A DNA stretch of 59,379 bases, counting the filler, from Dugesia japonica (lineage: Eukaryota), in the NCBI GenBank assembly GCA_001938525.1. It is 5 parts of 5 records of this genome, joined end to end, with 100 filler letters (N's around TTAATTAATTAA, not from the genome) between each part and the next. Parts side by side here need not be neighbours in the genome. Positions count along the whole stretch, not along the records: positions 28,718 to 41,880 come from MQRL01622777.1; positions 41,981 to 50,594 come from MQRL01484342.1; 3 more parts are not named here. One strand, given 5' to 3'. Made by a program: the position numbers and the translations under genes. The notes under the pieces are model-generated. The model was not told the DNA's origin. It saw nothing but the letters and a program-made list of their open reading frames with translations, and ran no database searches. Below, piece after piece: positions 36,465 to 46,540 of this stretch; positions within the stretch are counted from its first letter, which is position 1, and each line of letters begins with the position of its first letter.

Positions 36465-39400
36465 TTAACAATTTAATGTTTTATTTATCAAGTCTAATCT
36501 TAAATGCCAATATTCACAATTTTCACATTCAAATTTATTTCCATGCGGCCAAGTTTTTTACCCATTATCTTCAATGATTCTTTTGTCATCAAAAGCCATT
36601 AATGTAATCTTTTTTTGTTCTACTATTTCAATTTCATGTAATATAGATCTTAAAGAATAATTTGTTCCATAAATTATTTTTTTAGGATCTTTTAATACTT
36701 CATCAAAATCTTTCATCAGTAATTTATTATTTTTCTTTACACCTTTATTTCTTGAATCGAAACCGGTACCGTTGTGGGGTGTGCTATCATATTCATAAGC
36801 ATAAGATTTTGCTTTTATAAAATTACCTTGAATTATTTCAGAATCAGGTTTTTCATCTTTCATCTGAAATAATTCATCTCCCAATAAACTTTCTAATTTC
36901 CTTAAATTGTCTCTATTTTTTATCTCAACAAAGATAGCATCAGTATCTGTATAATGAATTTTATAATTATCATTTCCAATTAATGGATCCATTTGTTCAC
37001 ATATAAAATTATACATTACTTGTTTTGCATGTTCAAGTATTGTGAATCCTATATATGGAAATTTGTTATATCTTAAATTACCTTTTACCATATGCATTGC
37101 CGTAACATTAGCTTCATTACTTTCATTTCTTGTGAAGATTTTACTAGATTTAAAATTCTTTTTAAAAGCAAACTTTTGATAATCTTTGTTGGTATCTACA
37201 ATTTCTATGTTGTATCTATTTCTGATATTTTCTAAGGTTTTTCCATAGAAAGCATTTAACATTAATTTATAAATGTAATCACCAAAAACATCTTTATTTC
37301 TTTTTGCTTATTTTCTTAAAGCTACTAATTTATGAACATGTTCTTTAAACCATGTAGATGTTCTCATTAATATTTTCTTGTGAACTTTTATTAGTTTCAT
37401 TCCTAATTTTAAATATAAATCTAATGTACTTCCAAGTAGAACATAATTTTTCTTATCAAATTGATTCAATGTAAGTTTAATATTATCCTTTGATATTTTC
37501 TTATTAAAACTTTTTTGATAATTACTTAACATGTCTCGTGTAATATTTATTCTTTCTGGACATAATGGGAAATATTTTGTTTTATCATGTATTTCTGGTG
37601 GATATTCAAGGTCAACTTCATAAATGTAATTAATGTTATCAGTTGACATTTCATATGTTAAATCTTCACATTCGGTCATTTCACCTGTTGGTAATGGTCT
37701 AGTCATGCAACTTGCATATAAATAATTTTCATCAATATATTTTATAAATGTTTCTTTAAAATAATCATCTGGAATATTTTTCTTTTCTTTTAATAAATTA
37801 AGGAGATCTTCTCTTTGTGCTTTATTTATTACTCTGTAAGGTTTTGATTTATTGTGAGAAAAGACTTGTCTTTCACCCAACACACCAGAATATCCACCTC
37901 TAATTCCTTCTTCGATCATTAAAAATGTATCATAAGTTTCTTGCTTCGCATATTTCAATTTTACATTTGCATTTAATATTCCAGTTTCCCAAGAATATCC
38001 TGGTGCTGTATATGAATAAGATGGATCTATTTTAAGAATATTATTTAAACATGAATCTCTAAAGTTTTCTAAGAAGTCAGTTAATATCAAAACATCTAAC
38101 TTCATATAGTGTAACATGTAACACCACATATTTTCAAAAGGATAAAAGTCTTCTAAAAATATTTTATATTCTTCATTAGATATTTCTTTTTGATTTAATG
38201 TATTAAAGAAATCTTCTTTTGTTGGTATTTTATTTAATTTTAATAATTCTTCAACTTCTTGAATATTATTTCCTTTAACATATTCATAAGGAAATATAGC
38301 TTTCTTTGGTTTTAAATTAAAAGAATTTAATACTGGATAATTACCTGATTGTGTAAGTAATTTTCCCATTACTTCAATTGTTGTAAATGGAAGTAATCTT
38401 GCTGAATCAAGAAATTTTATATTTCCAAATTCAAATGAAATATAATTATCTGATGAATGTGGGATTATTCTTTTAACTTTTCCTGTAAACTTTGTTAATT
38501 GTTCCCTAAAAAATAAATGGTTATCATATCCAGATGCGTTATGAAAGTAAAATGGTATAAATAAATTCTTATTAGAAAGATCATTTAAATTGCAATCATT
38601 ACATGAATAACCGCGAAATTCTCCATTAAAATGGTTATGATCTTTAACTGGAGTTTCACATATAACATTTTCACAAAATCTACATTTTGTGTCTGGTGTA
38701 TATTCTAGATGATTTGTTCCTGTATATTCTTTTATTAATTTATTTTCTTTTATATCTTTTAATTTATTATTAGTTTCTTCTAAAAATTCAAAGAAGTCAT
38801 CATAAATGTTTTCGCCTGAGAATTCATAATATTTACTTTCTATTAATTCTTGATAATCTGATTTTAAATAAAGACCTAATGATAAAGCTTTTTGTTTTTT
38901 ATCTAAATTTGTGTAAGATTCAAAATCTCCAATTAATACAAATGGTATTTTATTTTTTTGATAATATTTATTAAATGAATAATAATCATTGTGTTCAAAA
39001 ATAATTTTATTAGGTTTATGTCTAATGCATGCATCTTGATGTTTATTTAAAACTGCTTCAGATGAATAACAGTTCATACATCTAATACATGGATAGTTTG
39101 TGTTTCTATTTTCTGATGTAAAAAATACAGTTAGATCTCTACATAAAATGTAATGATCTTTATATACTAACAAATTACATTTATTTTCTTCTGGTGATGG
39201 ATTTCTTGTATAATGTGAAATGTGTAATGGTTCAAGTTTTTTATTATCATTTACTGAAAATACATTTATTTCTAAATTATTTAATTTCTCAAATTTACTT
39301 ATATCATCAATATTCATTGGAAATTTAAAACCTGAATATTTGAAATCTGTTAAATGTGGAATATAATTTTCTACACGTGTTGGATTAGCAACTACATATT

Positions 39401-39512
39401 TGTGAGCTAAGATTGAATACAAGAAACATTTATTATCTTTATTTATTATATTAATAACACCTTGTTTTTTAAAAGCTAATTTGCAATATGTTGCACCGGC
39501 TAATTTTAAATT
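36465..39512 (-). pseudogene. Protein-primed family B DNA polymerase, N-terminally truncated, two in-frame TAA
   Basis: INIINKDNKCFLYSILA; ExoI GDFES, ExoII FHNASGYD, ExoIII YMKLDV; motif A YIDENYLY, B KLMLNAFYGK, C YTDTD; C-terminus FDDKR...NG*KTWPHG. Stops at 37308-37310 and 36558-36560; no ATG after the TGA at 39513-39515. Confidence 0.95.
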
Positions 39513-39685
39513 TCACACAAAATTTTTTTTTAATATTTTTTTATCCTGAAGAAGATTATTGTCGAAAATTTGAACCTTTTTACAAATAAATTTTATTTTT
39601 ATCGAAGCTTTTTCTTATTTTAATGAAGTATTTTAATAAATTTTTTTTATTTAAAATTTGTAAAATAATTGATTTTACTTTTGTA

Positions 39686-39727
39686 GTGTGGGGCGGGAGG
39701 TGCCCAATACGCTATTATTCTACTACT
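39686..39727 (-). repeat. Polinton right terminus (TIR end)
   Basis: Reverse complement AGTAGTAGAATAATAGCGTATTGGGCACCTCCCGCCCCACAC; (AGT)n start typical of Polintons; flank AGAAAG. Confidence 0.8.
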
Positions 39728-39744
39728 AGAAAGAAATCCTCTTT

Positions 39745-40270
39745 TCTTGCTGATGAAAGTATTTTTCGATAGTAGTCCTTTAATCAATGTAAAGAAAGTT
39801 TTTAATTCTCTTATAGGTACGAGATAAGTTGTTGGATACATCTAATTATTGTACAAACAACCAACCTTTCAATAATAACGACTCAAATTCAGTTTTAATG
39901 AAATTTAAAGATGAGCTCAAAGATATAAGATATATGGAATGGGTTTTTCTGAGACCGAAATTTTTCAGTCTTCTTAGTGAAACACGTCTATGAAGGCTAA
40001 AAAAGTAACATTAAAAGGTACAAACATAAACCACCAGTNNNNNNNNNNNNNNNNNNNNNNNNNNNNNNNNNNNNNNNNNNNNNNNNNNGTATCTTGATTG
40101 TTATAATAATAATCAAAAGGTCTCAGTTAACCAATTTAGAATTTGCAGTAAAGACCATTTTACTATTTAGCATTAATGGTCCTAAAGTAGCTTTGATTAA
40201 CACAGACGATAAGCGTGTATGGGTAGATAAAAATAAAAGTCTACCATATCGACATTATAGTATTTCAACC
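39745..40270 (+). pseudogene. C-terminal relic of a second, older Polinton PolB
   Basis: DTSNY, KFKDEL...EWVFLRPK, KVALINTDDKRVWVDKNKSLPYRHY; several disruptions. Confidence 0.8.
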
Positions 40271-40849
40271 CCTAATGAAAAAGTTTATAAAGATAATATT
40301 GTTTTTATTTGTAAACTGAAATTAATTAAATTTGTTATTTGGAAATTCAACTCACAAATTCTAGATGATTCATCCGGATTAATAGAAAACAAGATTTAAT
40401 TTGAATAAATATTAGTTTGAAAGATGTTTTTTGTTATTTAATGTTTTTATTAGTTAATGTTAATATTTCCCCAGTGAGAATTGTAATGCTATTTTTATTT
40501 AATTCGTTGTGTATATGTAATTTTGACTTTTAACTATGATATTATTATACATAGTAAAATTTTGCTTTGAATGATGTGTGCCATAATAAAAGCCAGGAGA
40601 AAGTCCTTTTGTGTGTGTGCATTGGTTTAAATTCAAATAAAATATTTTTTTAAAATTTTCAAATAAATTTCCATGAATAAAATTTTGAGTGATAATAGTA
40701 ATATAAAGTGATGAGAGATCGTTTATGTTAATAGGAAACTCTATAAATGTATATAAATTTGACATGAGGGTAAAATAAAATCAACGAAATTAGATTTACG
40801 ACGATTTTATTTAAAATCATAAAATTTTTACANACCAAAAATGATATAC

Positions 40850-41520
40850 TTATCGCTTGNTGATTACGCTTGTAGTAAATTAAAGCGAGAAGGAATTGTG
40901 AATAAAGATTTTCTTGAATAACTTATTGGAGCGATAACAAGAACGATGATACTGAAAAGATACTTTAATGCCGGTTTTGAGTGATAATCTCTTAGTACAA
41001 AAAATTTAACTATTTTCAGTTTTCCTCAAAGCAAGAACTTGGAAATTTTATTGTTGGGTTTATATACCGTATTCAAGACTAATCATTAAAATAATCGGTC
41101 GTTTTGGCTCGTAAAATTGACGTTCATTTTCCTCTCTACAGTAATTATACTACATAAAGCGAATGTTGATTAGTTATTAAATGGAAAGCTTCCTGTAATT
41201 TTCCTGAGGATCGATTCAAACTATTGTTGCAATTAAAATTGGTTTTGAATGATTAAGCCAGAAAGCATCCGGTAACTTTACTGTGGGTTGAATTTAATTT
41301 GTTATAGTAATTATTGAGAGTGAACTGGTTTATTTTGAATGATTAAATTAATCAGATTGTTGAATAAAATTCTTACAAATCGATGAAAATATTTCACGAA
41401 TTCTCGTGATTTTAAAATAAAGGGTAGTTTTGATTAAAGCCGTGGGTTTTTTATACCTTTTTCGATCCCGATCAATAGCAGATTGGTTGATTTTGGTGGA
41501 ATAATTGGTTCATTTTTTAA
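40850..41520 (-). pseudogene. Possible highly decayed packaging-ATPase relic of the older Polinton
   Basis: Only fragments (PIIPPKSTNLLLIG, IIFND-like) in broken frames. Confidence 0.25.
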
Positions 41521-41880
41521 TATTTTTTCCCATATTTTCTTTGAAATGGTTTATTTTTCTGATATTTTTTTTGCGAATTTTCTTTGGTAATATGGCTACT
41601 TTTTGTTTCGTCTTATATAACTGATAGAATTTTGGCGTGTCATGATAATTTTATCAATAATAACCTGATTATTTTGAATAATTACTTTTATTTTTCCACT
41701 TTTGTTTATTCGTTATTTATTTTCGTTTGCTCAATTGTTTTAATGGCAGGGAAACAAATATCTTTGGGCTCTGTACGAACATTATTATTATTATTATTAT
41801 TATTGTTGGGGTGAAACACCAGATTTAGGCAAATAAAATGGCGTAAGTAAACACGAAATTCGAAAAATCTACCTAAGAAA

Positions 41881-41980
41881 NNNNNNNNNNNNNNNNNNNN
41901 NNNNNNNNNNNNNNNNNNNNNNNNTTAATTAATTAANNNNNNNNNNNNNNNNNNNNNNNNNNNNNNNNNNNNNNNNNNNN
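41881..41980. other. Artificial contig linker
   Basis: N44-TTAATTAATTAA-N44. Confidence 0.95.
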
Positions 41981-42769
41981 TTAGGCCAGACTTCTAAAAT
42001 TAATTTTCGTTGTTGGCGTGTCAAAACATTAACATTTTCGGCGTGGTTGCCAGTTAAGTTACTTTCCAAATCATACTTCATTTAAATATCTAAAATAAAT
42101 CAAAATTACACAATTTCTAAATAATATTAAAACAAAGTGTTAATCATTGTAACTAGCTCAATTATTAAAATTAAATCATCACTTTTAGCTTTAACTGTAA
42201 TTAAAACTAAATATCTCTCAACACTGAAAAAACGTAGAAAATGTTCTAAATCCAGTGGTATGTAATATTACACCAATGATTAATTTGCTACGGTGCCAAA
42301 ACAAGCACATCAGAAAAATTGATATATTTTTGTATTTGAAATAAATTTTAAACCTAAATTTATTTTTTACATGTAATATAATTTATTTATATATTGTTGG
42401 GATTGATTTTATCAGTAATGTATGAGTATTTATATGTTGTATTTCTTATAAATTTCTGCTGTTGTGAAAATCCCATATTAAAAATGGGGTCACAAAGGTG
42501 CAACATCAAATGCTTTAAGGAACTTACAAATTGTGATCACAACACAAATTTTAAAGATAAAAACGAAAATTTATATGCTGCAATTAACTCATATTTTACG
42601 ACTTCTAGCGGGATATCATTAAAAACTTATTGAAGATTGTATACTGTTATATTAAAATGATTTAAATTTAGTTTAAATATTTTTATTATCGAAAAGTAAA
42701 TTTTTTTAAATTGAATAAAACATATTTTTTGATTTTTTCGATTTTTATTAGATTTTACACAACAAACTA

Positions 42770-45700
42770 TCGCGATGAAAATTTCGAAAACATTACAGAA
42801 TTTTGAAGAAAAGGAAGATTTAGAAAGATGGATCGATCGGTTTGAACTGGTGGTCTGTTTAGATGAAGAAGAAAATAATGATCTAAGTTGGTTGCCGATT
42901 TTCTAGTCAGGATTAGCTTATGACACATGAAAGAATCTTCTCCATGATGATAAAGTTATGCAAAGTGTATCAAATAGGCCCCCAGAAAAGGTTACGGAAT
43001 CAGCCGACAACGTTGCGATTGAAGAAATCAAGAAAACTTGAAAATTTTTTATTGTGATCACAACCCTATGGATGCCATTTTATCTATGTTGCCAGGAGAT
43101 TTGAAGGATGAGTGAATCTTAAGATTAGATGAACATTTCGGACTAACCAATCTAGAGGAAATGAGAACACGATGATAAAATGTATAGCGTTGGTCCACAG
43201 AACTTAACTAGACTATGTCATCCATTGCTTGGGCTGTAACCGTAGAGGGAAAATTCATAAGAACTGTCCAGTCAAAGGTTTCTAATGTGATGCTGTCGAT
43301 CACATTAAACCAAATTGTAAGATGGTTTTAAACGACATATGAAAATAGGCGATCGATCTCATTTACTTTCTACCAATTTGAGTTAGTCAGTTGCAATTCG
43401 TAAAGGACATGGTGATGTGAGCTCTGTTAAGGCTAATGTCTGTAAAATGCTACATGAGTTCAATGAAATGAGCTACTTAATGGCCAAAGAAAACGGCCAT
43501 AAAAGTCCTCAAGCCGTATCATGTTTGCATTATCCAGAGACTTTCGAAAAGTTTGGATACGATTGGACTGAAAATTATTCAGCTCATTGTTGAATACAGA
43601 TAATAGCATCTCTTTAATAAGGAGTAGGATAGGAAGACAAACAAAGGTTAACAGCATGGGTCGTACGCTTTTAGAATCAGTGAACGGAAGTGCACTGGAT
43701 TTACTAGGAAAGTGAGATATCACATCTATGATGATAGATGATTTGAACATAGGCATCAACGTCATCATTCAGAATGATATCCTTCTCAGTAACGAGATTA
43801 TCATTACATTTTCTAAAGGTAAATCACGAGTAGTTGTTGGAAACAAGTATTCGTGAATCTGTATGATAAATGGCATACAAAGTTAAGGAAAACTTATAGA
43901 TACATACGCGGCGATATCAGAGAGTGGTCAGAACTTAGTAATTGATGATTGGTTTAATGATTGTTGATGGACCATAAAATTGAAGTTCGTGGTGGAAAAT
44001 CCTATTTGTCAAAAATACTGTCACAATTATCAAATGGCTTCTAATGACTTGCAGTTATTCAACGGTGATACACATAACTAGATACAAGTGGGATTCAGGA
44101 AAACATGGTAAAGTCAAGAACATGGTTCTCTCATGAGTGTGCGACAAGTCAAAGGAGGTAAAGCGAAGGGCCGACCTGTACTTGATTACCGGTTCTTAAA
44201 TGAACAAATTATTAGTTATCTAGGTTGGTCACTTCCTAGTTGTCAAGAAAAACTCAGAGAATGGTGTACGTTGTGGCCTAATTTTGCTGTTATGGAACTC
44301 AGCAAGACTTACTTACAAATTAGAATCAACAAAGATTTGTGGACTTACTAAGTTGTACAGTTTAGCGAAAGGCTATATGTTATGACTAGGCTTGTATTTG
44401 GGTTTAACAAGGTGCTGAATGTTGTATTCAATATTGTCTAGAGAGTCTAATAAGACAATAAAAAATAACCAAACCACAAATTGTTTTGACGACATTTTTA
44501 TCACGAAAAGAGATTATGTGGCTAATAAAGTTATTGAGCTTTTTGAAAAGTATGAATTGACACCAAAAACAATAGAGAGATTTGGAATTATTGACAATAT
44601 CAGAGTTTTTGATCCTATCGTGTAAAATGACTGTTGACGATGTATAGACAAGGAGCTGCCTTAACATAAAAATAGCACGCTGACACGGAGGGTGGGACAT
44701 GGGGTTTTAGGTGAGTAGGTTTGTGAGGTTCTTGTTGGCGAATGATTAAGAGTGTATGTATGTGGGTGTACACAACGACCAACAGCAAAGGAGAAATAGG
44801 ATAGATCAAATTTTACCTCAAAATGTTTTAAATATGATTGAGAACACTATGGAAATTATTTGAGAACGGAGTGACCCAGCAAAAGGTAGTTTGTTGGTGA
44901 ACCATGATGGAGAAGCCATTGTGTAAACTGATGCTAGTAGAATCGCATTGAGTGTTGTATTGTGTGTCAATGATGACATAATAGAAAATGCCGCATGGCT
45001 ACAAAAGGAACAAGATTCAACTCACATCATTTTCAGTGAGTTAAACTCAGCATCTGGTAATTATATGGGGATTCAAAACGTTTCACATAGTTGTGAATTC
45101 TGTTTCGGTATTTCGTTGGTTAAAGTCAGTTTTCAATAATGAACATACAGTAAAAACCATGTATTGATCCAACATCTCATGTGTCGATAGCTAGATATTT
45201 TAAAATAATTAGAGGATCCGGAGATGCTGGATGTCACAGTAGAATTAGTAAAGTCAGAACAAAAAAATTCGTTGTTCAAAAAAATGGCCTAGTTTTACAA
45301 AAACTGTGAACACGATTTGGTATGTAAATGTCACCCGATGTCACATGATATGAAGAAAATTATCGAGATTTGATGTGTTAGTCAACACTTTACATCGGCA
45401 TACAGTCCCCAGGGAAATCGAATGTGTGAATGAAATCATCGCGCAATAAAGACCATAACCCCATGGACAGTAAAAACGGTTGAAGAGTGTGTACTATGGT
45501 ACAATGGAACTTCAGGAAGACATCGTGAAAGTTCATATGAATTAATGTTTCGTGTGAAGTCACGTTTACCCGATGTACGAGAAAGATACTCAACTGAAAA
45601 CATTGCAGGAACACGCCAATCAAGTAGCGAAGATTACGATCCTTATCGGAATTTGGACAATAATCTATTTAAGATTGATGACGTGCTGTATTTACGATCC

Positions 45701-46021
45701 ACTGGCAGGTGTAATGATCTTTGGATGGGGCTAGATAAAATCTCGAAGATTTGCTCAACAGTTATTGTGGCACTGGATAGTGACAGTGTATCAAGACACG
45801 TATCTCATGTAAAGAAGTTTCAAGTTAAACCTGTGTTAGACGAGGAGAAGCAAATACGGAACGAGAGCACAGGTGATAGTAAGAAGGAGAGTGGCGATGA
45901 AGCTTACGATGACTCAATATTATACGGTTATGAGGCACAAGGGTCAACAACTCAGAAGGGAGTGCTATCAGAAAAAGACGACACTAGTTTAATGTATAAA
46001 TATATACTAAATAAATATTAA
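42770..46021 (+). mobile_element. Heavily decayed Ty3/gypsy retrotransposon (gag-pol)
   Basis: Gag FEEKEDLERWIDRFEL; RT RPVLDYRFLN, ELSKTYLQI, YVMTRLVFG, CFDDIFI; RNase H TDAS; integrase AYSPQGN; many stops and frameshifts. Confidence 0.85.
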
Positions 46022-46031
46022 TACTGTTAGA

Positions 46032-46480
46032 TGTGAGTAAGTTTTGCAAAGCTAGTTGAAATTTTTGTGTGGTTGGTGGTCGTTTTTCTTAAAATAGTTT
46101 ATTTAAAAAATATTAATTGTAGATGAAAAATTTATATGACGAATGTGTATTTTGTTAAATTTTAAATTACGTTTAAAATAATAAGGTAAAAATTTGTTTT
46201 AAGTTTGAATGAAAATTTTAAATAACCTTAAATAAATGTTTAAAAAACGTGAAAAGCGATCACCAATAGTGTTGGTAATAAATTTCTTTGTGAATAGATT
46301 TTGCTATGGAATTGAAATTTGATATTAATCATCAGATGAGTTCTCTAAACTCATCTAACATGATGGCAGCGGTAAACACCGATGTGATCACAGAGAGATT
46401 GTTTCCAAAAATATTTTCCAGAAGTTTATTTAACGATGTGAAATATATTTCAAGGCAAAGAATATCGTTATTAAGAAAGA
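46032..46480 (+). repeat. Dispersed repeat, copy of 23407-23820
   Basis: TG-initiated; directly precedes the second gypsy gag region. Confidence 0.7.
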
Positions 46481-46540
46481 ACAGAAGCGTTTGATAACAT
46501 GTATGCTTGAGGAAGATTTAATGGAAACATATATAAAAAC

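Larger units (their letters stand above)
28718..39727. mobile_element. Polinton/Maverick (endogenous polintovirus), left end cut by linker
   Basis: Intronless, tightly packed integrase, ATPase, protease, penton and pPolB genes in two convergent blocks; right end ...CTACTACT (AGTAGTAG terminus). Confidence 0.95.

Noticed and set aside
28834-37310. Ciliate-type genetic code (TAA=Gln) for the Polinton
   Set aside because: Several ORFs end at TAA at natural positions, CAA codons are common, and only six internal TAAs occur; mutation is more parsimonious.
27640-39727. One intact Polinton bounded by TIRs at 27640 and 39727
   Set aside because: The termini are related but clearly diverged, their subterminal sequences differ, no matching 6-bp TSD exists (GGAGTG or AAAAGG vs AGAAAG), the left flank is not old-PolB sequence, and a synthetic linker lies between them.
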